A stretch of DNA of 63,949 bases, the filler included, from Limisphaerales bacterium (GTDB lineage: Bacteria; Verrucomicrobiota; Verrucomicrobiia; Limisphaerales; SIBE01): assembly GCA_044225505.1 (NCBI GenBank). It is 5 parts of 5 records of this genome, joined end to end, with 100 filler letters (N's around TTAATTAATTAA, not from the genome) between each part and the next. Parts side by side here need not be neighbours in the genome. Positions count along the whole stretch, not along the records: positions 27,999 to 55,627 come from JBGAIN010000107.1; positions 55,728 to 58,552 come from JBGAIN010000332.1; 3 more parts are not named here. The stretch is one strand, 5' to 3'. Positions 49,189-58,652 of this stretch are shown here, in pieces (position 1 is the first letter of the stretch; every line of letters begins with the position of its first letter). Below the pieces are notes generated by a model, which was not told the DNA's origin, searched no databases, and was given only the letters and a program-made list of their open reading frames with translations. Made by a program: the position numbers and the translations under genes.

Positions 49189-50529
49189 ATGAAAAAGCGG
49201 ATTTTGTACACCCTACTGGTGCTGCTTCTAGGGTTGAACTTGTTCGTCGGTGCCGAGATTTACCTCACCTCAGCGCAGGCCGCCGAGAAGAACAATCTTT
49301 ACCAGCACATGGACCTTTTTGTGCGAGTTCTGGAAAAGGTGCGCCAGGAGTACGTGGACGGAGAAAAGGTCTCTTACCAGGAGCTGATTTATGGCGCTCT
49401 CAAGGGAATGCTCAACACGCTGGATCCCCATAGTGAATTCATGGAACCCACCAAATACGAGGACCTCAGAAACGACACAGAAGGATCCTATGGCGGCGTT
49501 GGCCTCGTGATCAGCCTCCGCGACAATTTTCTGACGGTTGTATCTCCGATGGAAGATTCCCCAGCCTTTCGCGCGGGAATTCTGACTGGGGATAAGATTG
49601 TCCGAATCGAGGGGAAGAGCACGGAAAAGATGGGGCTCACCGACGCCGTCAAGCGACTCAAAGGCGAGGCGGGGACCTCTGTGACGTTGACGATTGCCCG
49701 GCCTTCTCAGGCCCAGCCGAAGGATTACACTTTAACGCGGGCGGTCATCAAACTGGACACCGTTAAAGATATCGACGGCCACCGCAATTTTCCGATCGGC
49801 GAGAACCGGATTGGCTACGTGCGATTGACGCAGTTTGGTGAGCAAACGGCCAGTGACCTGCAGGACGCGCTGAAGACGCTCAAGAAACAAGGAATGCAAG
49901 CGTTGATTTTGGACCTGCGCAACAATCCCGGAGGGCTGTTAGATCAAGCGGTGAAGGTTTGTGAGCTCTTTATCAAGCGCGGTGAATTGATCGTCTCCAC
50001 GGAAGGGCGCGGGCCCCAAGCGGACGCCAAATACACGTCACGTGGCCAAAGCCAATATCCCGATCTCGACTTAGTCATTCTCGTTAACGGGGGGAGTGCC
50101 AGCGCTTCCGAAATTGTCGCGGGTTGCCTCCAGGACAAACATCGAGCCTTGATCATGGGTGAACAGACATTTGGGAAAGGCTCTGTCCAGAGCATCATGC
50201 CACTCCAAGACGGGTCTGCCCTTCGGTTAACCACTGCCAAGTACTATACGCCCAGTCACAAGGTCATTCACGAGCGAGGCATCACCCCGGACAGCTTGAT
50301 CCCCATGTCCCAAGAGGAAGAAGAGGCTCTTCTCCTCAAACGAGTCGCGGGCGGAGTCGAGAGTCTAGATGAGGATCGGCGGGAGCGTGCCAGGAATGCC
50401 CGTGACGTGCAGCTAGAACGGGCTTCGGACACTTTACGAGGGTTGCTGCTGCTCCGTGATCGTTCGCAACTCACTCACAAAAAGGATGGCGAAACCCGCA
50501 CCGCAGCCAGGGTGGCTGGCAAAGACTAA
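49189..50529 (+). CDS. ctpA: S41 carboxyl-terminal processing protease with PDZ domain
   Basis: LDPHS, DLRNNPGG, SASASEIVAG and FGKGSVQ motifs. Confidence 0.93.
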   Translation: MKKRILYTLLVLLLGLNLFVGAEIYLTSAQAAEKNNLYQHMDLFVRVLEKVRQEYVDGEKVSYQELIYGALKGMLNTLDPHSEFMEPTKYEDLRNDTEGSYGGVGLVISLRDNFLTVVSPMEDSPAFRAGILTGDKIVRIEGKSTEKMGLTDAVKRLKGEAGTSVTLTIARPSQAQPKDYTLTRAVIKLDTVKDIDGHRNFPIGENRIGYVRLTQFGEQTASDLQDALKTLKKQGMQALILDLRNNPGGLLDQAVKVCELFIKRGELIVSTEGRGPQADAKYTSRGQSQYPDLDLVILVNGGSASASEIVAGCLQDKHRALIMGEQTFGKGSVQSIMPLQDGSALRLTTAKYYTPSHKVIHERGITPDSLIPMSQEEEEALLLKRVAGGVESLDEDRRERARNARDVQLERASDTLRGLLLLRDRSQLTHKKDGETRTAARVAGKD

Positions 50530-50791
50530 TCGCCCTTGGTGACCTCGAGTTATCTTCGGGATGCGGCGAGATCGCCTGCCGCTTTCGTGCGGCCAGGTTA
50601 GGGCATTAGCCGAGCCAGAAGCAACGAGGGTATCTGGCCACTTTTGACTGCGCCCGTTGCCCCCGCCTGATGGGCACCTGAGCACGCTAACCTGTTCGCC
50701 TGGAATTCCTTATTTTTGTTTTCTTTCGATTTAGTCCATTTACTATGGCAGCTCTGCTCGATAGCGAGAGCGAGCCCTGATTATTAAGATT

Positions 50792-51757
50792 ATGCCACTG
50801 ACACACACGAAAGAATTGTTTGCCAAAGCTCTGCGTGGGAAATACGCGATTGGCGCCTTCAACGTCAACAACATGGAGTTGATCCAAGCGATCGTCGAGG
50901 CGTGCGAAGAAGAGAAATCACCTCTCATGCTGCAGATCTCCAAAGGCGCACGCTCCTACGCGAACCCGGTTTACCTCCGCAAACTCATCGAGGCCGCCGT
51001 CAGCCTTTCGACCATCCCGATCGCGATCCACTTGGATCACGGCGACACTTTCGAACTGTGCAAGGAGTGCATCGACGAAGGGTTCACCAGTGTGATGATT
51101 GATGGCAGCCATTTGCCGTTCGACAAGAACGTCGAAGTCTGCAAACGCGTCGTTGACTACGCGCATAAACACAACTGCGTTGTCGAAGGCGAGCTCGGCA
51201 TGTTGGTCGGCGCCCAGCATGACGAAGGCGAAGAAGGGGGCGGCTACTCCAAGGGCGGAGTTTACACCCATCCCGATGAAGCCGTCGAATTTGTGAAACA
51301 GACCAAGGTGGATTCGCTCGCCGTGGCCATTGGCAACTCCCATGGCGCTTACAAGTTCAAGGGCGAGCAGCATTTGAATCTCGAACGGTTAAAGGCCATT
51401 AAGAAAGCGTTGATGGATGCCGGTCTCGGTGACTATCCCCTCGTGCTTCACGGAGCTTCGAGCGTTCCGAAAGACCTGGTCTTAGAAATCAATAAGTACG
51501 GCGGCAAGATGGGTGAAGACACCGCTGGCGTCCCCGAAGCGGACATCGAAATCGCCCGGCGGACCGGTTGCACGAAGGTAAACATCGATACTGATCTACG
51601 CCTCGCCATGACAGCCGCGGTGCGCAAGGCGTTTGCTGAATCTCCAAAAGAGTTTGACCCCCGAAAGTATCTCGGCCCCGCGCGCACTAAAGTGAAGGAA
51701 CTCGTCCGTCACAAAGTGAAGAACGTGCTCTGCTGCGCTGGGCACGCTTTCGACTAG
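50792..51757 (+). CDS. fba: Class II fructose-bisphosphate aldolase
   Basis: HLDHG, SVMIDGS, GNSHGAYK, LVLHGASS and KVNIDTD motifs. Confidence 0.96.
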   Translation: MPLTHTKELFAKALRGKYAIGAFNVNNMELIQAIVEACEEEKSPLMLQISKGARSYANPVYLRKLIEAAVSLSTIPIAIHLDHGDTFELCKECIDEGFTSVMIDGSHLPFDKNVEVCKRVVDYAHKHNCVVEGELGMLVGAQHDEGEEGGGYSKGGVYTHPDEAVEFVKQTKVDSLAVAIGNSHGAYKFKGEQHLNLERLKAIKKALMDAGLGDYPLVLHGASSVPKDLVLEINKYGGKMGEDTAGVPEADIEIARRTGCTKVNIDTDLRLAMTAAVRKAFAESPKEFDPRKYLGPARTKVKELVRHKVKNVLCCAGHAFD

Positions 51758-52220
51758 CCCACTTCTCTTCAAGAAAACCTAAGGCCCCACCGTAAACCAA
51801 GTGGGCGAGAATCATGGTGTAGACGCGATCCTTTCGATCGCGTCTTGCCGTTGGCATAATCCCCGCCGCGGGTATCCATCCTTCGTAGCTCAGTCCCCAG
51901 ATCGTTAGTCCAGCCAGTGGACCCAAGATAACTGAGGGAACGCACCTCATCCATCGAGCAAAGAGGGCGTAGGCGCCGCCAGCCCCTGCCCCGAAGCCAA
52001 GATGGGCCAAGACAGCCAGACGGTTCGCCGCCTTGTCGCTTGGTCGCTGACCCGCGGCTTTTTGGTAGACCGATTCGACGATCTTCTTCGGGGGAAGCTT
52101 CCCAACTCGAGTTAATGATTGTCCCGCGATCATCACGACGCTCATCGCGAGAGTCCCCACCACACCCGCCAGAGTCCCCTTTCCGATTTGCGTAAGTAAT
52201 TCTTGCCTATAATCTTTCAT
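51687..52220 (-). CDS. Hypothetical membrane protein (DUF1440/DUF6789-like)
   Basis: GTLAGVVGTLAMS...HLGFGA...HLVYG pattern with about four transmembrane helices. The 3' end overlaps fba by 71 nt. Confidence 0.7.
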   Translation of the reverse strand: MKDYRQELLTQIGKGTLAGVVGTLAMSVVMIAGQSLTRVGKLPPKKIVESVYQKAAGQRPSDKAANRLAVLAHLGFGAGAGGAYALFARWMRCVPSVILGPLAGLTIWGLSYEGWIPAAGIMPTARRDRKDRVYTMILAHLVYGGALGFLEEKWASRKRAQRSRARSSLCDGRVPSL

Positions 52221-52579
52221 ATACTCTAACCTCCTTCTCGGGAATCTTACCGACTTCCATTGACAGGCTCCTTCCGCACCTCCCAACTCGGCATCGTCCC
52301 CTCCGTCTATCATAGCATCGGTTCTTGGTCTTTAAGGGTCGCAGGCGATCCGGGAGGAAGCGCAATTTGGCCTCAGGCACCACTCCCACTGGAGACGACT
52401 CTGATACGTGGCCATCGGCGAATCACGTGCGGAATCGCGCATCTCGAAGACGCATACCGTGCTGCGGGACAACGATTATGAACCCATCCACGGGACAGAG
52501 CCAATGCGTTCGTTATCGGTCGTTGGCACGGATGGTCCGTGGCAAAGGGAGCAGCGGAGTTCAACCGGCCTCTCTCCGT

Positions 52580-52674
52580 AGATAACACGGATATAACTCG
52601 GATATAACTCGGATTTAACACGGCTTTGTTCCGTGTTAAATCCGTATGACTCCCCTGTCTATTCCCAGTTAAAA
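52580..52674. repeat. Palindromic array of 11-bp repeats
   Basis: Left units AGATAACACGG, ATATAACTCGG (twice) and ATTTAACACGG; 7-nt centre; then inverted CCGTGTTAAAT (perfect) and three degenerate 11-nt units. Confidence 0.8.
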
Positions 52675-52812
52675 TCGAATGAAGTGGCGCCCGATTCCCC
52701 CATTCCATCCTCGCCTTGGAGAGAGCCACCTCGTCAATGGATCCTCCCCGCTCGCGCCTGTTGCTTTGACAAGCTCTGCCCTAGGCTTAGAGTCCGCGCA
52801 AAACCAATCGAC

Positions 52813-54387
52813 ATGGCCTTGCCCTATCTTGAATTGCAGCGGATTAGCAAACGCTTTCCGGGCGTCCAAGCGCTCGATAAGGTCTCGCTACGGATCGAGC
52901 GCGGTGCGTGCCATGCGTTAATCGGCGAAAATGGTGCTGGGAAAAGCACCTTGGGAAAAATCTTAGCGGGCGTTTACACCCCGGATGAAGGCGAGATCCT
53001 GCTCGACGGGAAACGAATCCATCCAAGCGACCCTGTCACGGCGCGCGGGCTGGGAATCGCAATTGTCCATCAGGAACTCGCATTCTGTCCGAATCTGACC
53101 GTCGCCGAGAACCTTTGTCTTGGGGATTTGCCCTGCTCCGCCGGTTGGGTGGACCGAGAGAGGATGAGAGATCGAGCGCGCCGCCTCCTGCGCGAGATCG
53201 AAGCTGAACTCGACGTGGATCTTCTTATGGAAGAGCTCTCCACCGGACAAGAGCAGATGGTGCAGATTGCCGCGGCTTTGGGAACCGCCCCCCGGATCAT
53301 CATCATGGACGAGCCGACGAGCTCACTCTCGGCCCATGAAAGCGAGCACCTGTTCCGGCTAATGGGGGTCCTCAAACAGCGAGGAATTACCATCGTCTAC
53401 GTGTCGCATCGCATGGAGGAGATCTTCCGGCTGTGCGACTCATTGTCAGTGTTGCGAGACGGTCAGCATGTCGCGAGCGAGGGGATTCGTGAGACCAACC
53501 CCAGTCGTGTTATCCAGCAAATGATCGGCCGAGATGTCACCATCGTCTCTCCTCAACACTTGAGCCGGCCATTGGGGAAGGAAATGCTTCGTGTCGAAGG
53601 ACTGACCTCCCCCGGCAAATTCTCCAACATCAGCTTTGCGCTGCATCAAGGGGAAGTGCTGGGTTTCGCCGGTTTGGTCGGCGCGGGGCGAAGTGAAGTC
53701 GCGGAAGCTGTTTTTGGATTGGATCCAGCCGCGACAGGACGGGTCTTTGTTGAAGGACAAGAACTGAAACTGGGCAGTGTCAGGACAGCCCTAAATGCGG
53801 GAATTGGGCTTTTGCCCGAAGATCGCAAGCGGCAAGGACTCGTCCTGACAATGAATTGCCGAGAGAATGCTTCACTCGCGGCTTTAGAACGAATTACGCG
53901 CCTTGGCTTCGTCTTGCCGGACATAGAGCGCGACTTGGTTGAGAAATATGCGGCCCAACTCCGGGTGAAAACGCCATCGCTCGAAGTTTCTATCGCCGGG
54001 TTGAGCGGCGGAAATCAGCAAAAGATCGCTCTAACGAAATGGTTAGCAAGGCATGGGAACGTTTTGATTATCGATGAGCCGACTCGTGGCGTCGATGTCG
54101 GCGCTAAGAGCGAGATTCACCAGCTTTTGGACGGCTTGGCCTGCCAGGGACTCGCTATTTGGCTGATATCTTCCGAACTGCCCGAGTTGATGAGCCTTAG
54201 CCGACGAATCATCGTCCTGCGCCAGGGCAAACCGATGGGAGAACTTCAGCGCTCCGAGTTCACCCAGAGCGAATTGATGCGTTTGATGGCAGGCGTTGAG
54301 ACGGAGAAACAAACACGACCCGATGAATCGTCCGAACCTCGGTACGCTGAAAGCAATACCAAAGCAGATCGTCGGATTTCCAACTAA
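52813..54387 (+). CDS. Sugar ABC transporter ATP-binding protein (RbsA/MglA type, two ATPase domains)
   Basis: GENGAGKST, MDEPT, PEDRK, LSGGNQQK and DEPTRGVDVGAK motifs. Confidence 0.95.
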   Translation: MALPYLELQRISKRFPGVQALDKVSLRIERGACHALIGENGAGKSTLGKILAGVYTPDEGEILLDGKRIHPSDPVTARGLGIAIVHQELAFCPNLTVAENLCLGDLPCSAGWVDRERMRDRARRLLREIEAELDVDLLMEELSTGQEQMVQIAAALGTAPRIIIMDEPTSSLSAHESEHLFRLMGVLKQRGITIVYVSHRMEEIFRLCDSLSVLRDGQHVASEGIRETNPSRVIQQMIGRDVTIVSPQHLSRPLGKEMLRVEGLTSPGKFSNISFALHQGEVLGFAGLVGAGRSEVAEAVFGLDPAATGRVFVEGQELKLGSVRTALNAGIGLLPEDRKRQGLVLTMNCRENASLAALERITRLGFVLPDIERDLVEKYAAQLRVKTPSLEVSIAGLSGGNQQKIALTKWLARHGNVLIIDEPTRGVDVGAKSEIHQLLDGLACQGLAIWLISSELPELMSLSRRIIVLRQGKPMGELQRSEFTQSELMRLMAGVETEKQTRPDESSEPRYAESNTKADRRISN

Positions 54388-54402
54388 ACCGAACCGTGGA
54401 CG

Positions 54403-54744
54403 TCAATCCACGGTATATTGAGGCTCGTAAGTCGCTCGACTTGAATGTCTTCCAACGGAAGAGAAGCCGGCCGGCAGTTGATCTCCCAAAAACGAAGATT
54501 CGCTCGGCGGCATGACGTCCGCGTTCGACGCCAATCGCGGCGCGGATGCGCATCCGGAAGCAGCTAGGCCCAGCAGGAGACAAAGGGAAGCCAAACAGAC
54601 GTGAGACACCGCTCGTTTCGCGACCGTTCGTAGAGAGGTGCGGGATGACGAGCAACCGTGGACCAGAGCCATCGAATAATTTGCGGCTTTCATGAGATTA
54701 CAACGGGAACTAATAGACCATACCATAAACGGCAGTTTCCGCAA
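54403..54744 (-). CDS. Putative small lipoprotein
   Basis: Hydrophobic stretch ending in the LAASG-C lipobox. The true start is probably downstream of 54744. Confidence 0.45.
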   Translation of the reverse strand: MRKLPFMVWSISSRCNLMKAANYSMALVHGCSSSRTSLRTVAKRAVSHVCLASLCLLLGLAASGCASAPRLASNADVMPPSESSFLGDQLPAGFSSVGRHSSRATYEPQYTVD

Positions 54745-54834
54745 CGGAATTCTTAACGTTCGAGCGGATTCCGAAGACTCTCCCAGGGAAAGCTTGGCGG
54801 ACCAAGGGGGATGCTGTAGGAATGCGAGATCCCT

Positions 54835-55627
54835 ATGGCTAATTCAAGTGCGGTCGCGCCTGAACTCTTTGCTTCGGAAGAGACCAACCGCTGGAGTATC
54901 GCGGGAGCAGGCGTGGTTATGCAACTGGCTCTTGGAGCGATTTACGCCTGGAGTTTGTTCGTCGGTCCTTTGTCCAAACTGCACCCCTCTTGGACGAGAA
55001 CCGAAATTACGCTCACCTTCAGTATCGCGCTGGTCGCGCTTGGAGCAGGAGCGATCTTGGGCGGGAGTTTGCTCGACCGTCGCGGGCCGCGTTGGGTCGG
55101 GAGTGTTTCAGGAGTTCTTTATGGGGCCGGCTTCATCGGTGCGGGATTGGTGGATAGTCTCTGGGGCCTTTATTTGACCTACGGCGTGATGAGCGGCCTG
55201 GGCATGGGCCTGGGTTACATCGTGCCACTCGCGACGTTGATCCGCTGGTTTCCGGACAAGCGCGGATTAATCACCGGTCTGGCGGTGGCTGGCTTTGGCG
55301 GTGGCGCCGTCTTAACCACGCTGGTCGCTCCCGCGTTGATCGCGAAGCTGGGGCTTTCGAACACATTCATCGTTTTCGGAACTGCCTACCTCTTGCTGGT
55401 CGTCGGTGCGGCACAAAAGTACCGCGTTGCACCGTCGGGCTACCAACCTCCTGGATGGCAGCCAAGCGCCGTCCAAGCGCGACAGCGGTCCATGGTTGAC
55501 TATCCCCTATCCCAAGCGATCCGGACGTGGCAATGGTTTGTCCTGTGGGCGATACTCTTTCTCAACGTCACCGCCGGGGTCATGTTGATTTCGCAGGCGG
55601 TCCCCATGGCCCAAGAAATCACCGGAG
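54835..55627 (+). CDS. OFA-family MFS transporter (oxalate/formate antiporter-like), 3' truncated
   Basis: LGAIYAWS, DRRGPR and WFPDKRGLITGLAVAGFGGG motifs; runs into the gap. Confidence 0.9.
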
Positions 55628-55727
55628 NNNNNNNNNNNNNNNNNNNNNNNNNNNNNNNNNNNNNNNNNNNNTTAATTAATTAANNNNNNNNNNNNNNNNN
55701 NNNNNNNNNNNNNNNNNNNNNNNNNNN
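55628..55727. other. Synthetic contig linker
   Basis: N44-TTAATTAATTAA-N44. Confidence 0.97.
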
Positions 55728-57016
55728 CGGATGAGCAGGCGTTGCAACCGATGGTGCAATTCTTTCGCCGCTATCAAATGCTGAGCGACGTCGCCTATCC
55801 TCTCAGCGTCCCACCGCACACCGCCGCGAAGGCCCGTGAAGATTGGATGAACATCGGCCAAAGCTTGATGGAATCACTACGCAGCGGCGAAATCCAGCCA
55901 GCCGTTCTTTACTTCGCGAAGATGGCGGACGCTTACGGAAGCGGCGATTCGGTCGGCTTCAATACGGCAGTTCGTGATTACACCGCTGCGTTGAGCGGCA
56001 CATTTGCTAAAGAACTACGCAAAGGTTCTGAGGAACGTTTCTTCAACCATTACGAACCTTTCATTAAGAGCATCTCCATCTACCTTCTGGCATTTTTGTT
56101 CGGCTGCGCTTTCTGGATGAACTGGGCTCCATGGACACGGCGCACCGCCTACCAATTGTTACTGCTGGCACTCGCGATTCATACTTCAGGCCTGATCTTT
56201 CGTATGTATCTCGAAGGGCGGCCGCCGGTGACGAACCTCTACAGCTCCGCTATTTTCGTCGGATGGGGTGCCGGAATTCTCGGCATCATTCTGGAGCGCG
56301 TCTGGAAGGATGGGATCGGTGGCGTTACCGCTGCGGCCGTGGGCGTGGTGACGTTGATCATCGCGCACAATCTTTCACTCGGTGGTGACACCATGGAAAT
56401 GCTCCGCGCGGTGCTCGATACGAATTTCTGGCTCGCGACCCACGTTGTCGTAATCACGCTGGGCTACTCTTCAATGTTCGTCGCTGGCTTCCTCGCGCTG
56501 GTTTACATCCTGCGCGGCTTCTTCACGACAACCCTCTCCGCCACGACGGCGAAAAGCCTGACTCGAATGGTTTACGGCATCACCTGTTTCGCGACTCTGT
56601 TCAGTTTCGTCGGCACGATTCTCGGCGGAATTTGGGCGGATCAATCCTGGGGACGGTTCTGGGGGTGGGATCCGAAAGAGAACGGAGCGCTGTTGATCGT
56701 TATCTGGTGCGCAATCGTTCTGCACGCGCGTTGGGGCGGCTTGGTGCGCGAACGCGGAATGATGGCGCTCGCCATTTTCGGAAATATCGTCACCGGCTTC
56801 TCCTGGTTCGGCGTGAACATGCTCGGCGTGGGACTGCACTCCTACGGCTTCATGGATAAAGCGTTCAAATGGCTCATGGCTTTCGATCTCAGCCAGCTCT
56901 TTTTGATCGGCCTTTGTTTGGTGCCGGTTCGTTATTGGAGAAGCTTCCGAACTCCCGCGGCCAAACCCGCTCCGCAAAACCCCGGTCTCGCGGGAGCCAA
57001 ACCGGCAACGGCTTAA
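55728..57016 (+). CDS. ccsA: System II cytochrome c biogenesis protein CcsA (C-terminal part, probably of a CcsBA-like fusion), 5' truncated
   Basis: WWD motif WADQSWGRFWGWDPKE, plus WLATHV and GLHSYG. Confidence 0.9.
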
Positions 57017-57022
57017 AGTCTA

Positions 57023-57135
57023 GGACTGCGGTCGGTCCCCGACCGCAGCAGTGACAACAGGGCCGAATTGTCCACCTTGGCAGATGCGCCTCAGTCTTTT
57101 AGTAGCCGTTGCGACCGGGGGACCGGTCGCGGTGC
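57023..57135. repeat. REP/REPIN-like inverted doublet of GC-rich hairpins between convergent genes
   Basis: CTGCGGTCGG-TCC-CCGACCGCAG (57026-57048) and GCGACCGG-GGGA-CCGGTCGC (57111-57130) are related units in opposite orientation. Confidence 0.65.
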
Positions 57136-57141
57136 GCCGCC

Positions 57142-57594
57142 CTACGCTAACTCGCTCGGCCGGCGCGCTAGCGGTGCTCGGTCCGAAGAAAATTCGATCG
57201 ACCGAATCATCTGCGCGAGCGCGGCGAGATCGTCGCGCTTCAGGTAGTAGGCATTGGCGCCGCGATCAAACGCGTCCTGCACATACTTCTCCTGTGACGG
57301 ATGAACGAGAATGATCACCGGCACCTCGTTGAATTCCGTCTGGCGGCGAACCCAACCCAGCACCGCCATGCCGCTTCCGTCCGGAATAGTGAGGTCGATA
57401 ATGATCAGACTCGGCAAAGGGTAGTGAGTTCGGTCACCGTAAATGCCGACCCCTTTCAGATAAAGTATCGCTTCGTTGCCGTAGCGTGCAACGCGCAGCG
57501 GATTGTGCACTTGAGCAGTTCGGAGGGCCTGGTCCAGACAGAACAGATAGTCTGTGCTGTTTTCCAGAAGAAATATGACGCCATCCTTTCTCAT
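57142..57594 (-). CDS. Single-domain response regulator (Rcp-like receiver)
   Basis: GNEAILYLKGVG.YGDR..YPLP.LIIIDL...GANAY pattern. Confidence 0.88.
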   Translation of the reverse strand: MRKDGVIFLLENSTDYLFCLDQALRTAQVHNPLRVARYGNEAILYLKGVGIYGDRTHYPLPSLIIIDLTIPDGSGMAVLGWVRRQTEFNEVPVIILVHPSQEKYVQDAFDRGANAYYLKRDDLAALAQMIRSIEFSSDRAPLARRPSELA

Positions 57595-57738
57595 CCGCTC
57601 TCGGCGAACCTGTGCCGAAATTACGAATCAAATTATTTCATTCTTCCGGTTGAACAAGAGCCTCGGATTCTGAAAACGACCCTGAAACGTACGTAGGGAG
57701 CCCTAATTTTGTACTAGCCGAAATTCCTGATCCAACGG

Positions 57739-58551
57739 TCAATCTTTCCCTAAACGCTCGTAGTAGCGGCTGACCAGATCGGTATATTTCTGCGGAACCG
57801 GGTCGCGATCAACAGGAACCACGGTGTCCCGCGGTCCGAGACGAGCGAGTTCTTCCGCCACGCGAGTCTGAAGGATTCGCATTGGTTTTAGAAGATTGGT
57901 GTTCACCAAATCCCAGCGTGGTTCGACGCCCCGTTTCGTATAATCCATTCTAATGCCTCGCGCACGGTCAAGAATTTCTGCGGCCTGGTTTCGAAGCTGG
58001 GGATTCTGGAGAACTTCCTCCAGGTTACGCAGTCGGTCTGACCACGCTGTGTAGTCAGCGCCAGTAAGCGGTCCGCCATTCGAACCATCGGTTACTGCTC
58101 CGCCGCCCGCGCGGCCGCCGTTAGCCCACTGTTCGAAAAACCGCGCCCCGGCCTGTTGCTGTTGCTGACCGTCTTGAGGTTGGCCTCCTTGCGGCTGGCC
58201 TCGTTGTTGACCTTGCTGGGCGACCTGTCCTCCGCGTCCACCCTGGCCGCGCTGCCCCCTCTGTCCACGCTGCCCCTGCTGACCTTGTTGTCCCTGTTGG
58301 CCTTCCTGCCCTTGCTGTCCTTGTTGTTGGCCTTGAGCCGAGGCTTGGGTAGCACCTTGTTGGCCGCCCGGTTGCTCGCCATTCTGTTCGCCGCTCTGCT
58401 CTCCCTGGCCTTGCTGTTGTTCGTTGCTCGCTTGTTGTTGGTCACCGTTTTGTTGACCGTTGTTCTGCTGGCCGCGTTGACCCTGCCCTTGCTGACCTTG
58501 CTGTCCCGGTTGACCGTCTTGTCCCTGCTCACCTTGCTGTTGTCCCTGAGC
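57739..58551 (-). CDS. C-terminal part of a large Gln/Gly-rich protein (DUF4175-like), 5' truncated
   Basis: One open frame from the gap to the stop at 57739: GQQGQQ low-complexity tract, then GPLTGADYTAWSDRLRNLEE...DRDPVPQKYTDLVSRYYERLG. The ORF track shows only its last 69 aa. Confidence 0.8.
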   Translation of the reverse strand, partial: AQGQQQGEQGQDGQPGQQGQQGQGQRGQQNNGQQNGDQQQASNEQQQGQGEQSGEQNGEQPGGQQGATQASAQGQQQGQQGQEGQQGQQGQQGQRGQRGQRGQGGRGGQVAQQGQQRGQPQGGQPQDGQQQQQAGARFFEQWANGGRAGGGAVTDGSNGGPLTGADYTAWSDRLRNLEEVLQNPQLRNQAAEILDRARGIRMDYTKRGVEPRWDLVNTNLLKPMRILQTRVAEELARLGPRDTVVPVDRDPVPQKYTDLVSRYYERLGKD

Positions 58552-58552
58552 G

Positions 58553-58652
58553 NNNNNNNNNNNNNNNNNNNNNNNNNNNNNNNNNNNNNNNNNNNNTTAA
58601 TTAATTAANNNNNNNNNNNNNNNNNNNNNNNNNNNNNNNNNNNNNNNNNNNN
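58553..58652. other. Synthetic contig linker
   Basis: N44-TTAATTAATTAA-N44. Confidence 0.97.

Noticed and set aside
52580..52674. CRISPR array
   Set aside because: The units are 11 bp and contiguous with no spacers, and no cas genes are present.
58156..58608. Leu-rich 150-aa 'membrane protein' on the plus strand
   Set aside because: It is the antisense reading of the Gln/Gly repeat (CAG/CAA read as CTG/TTG).
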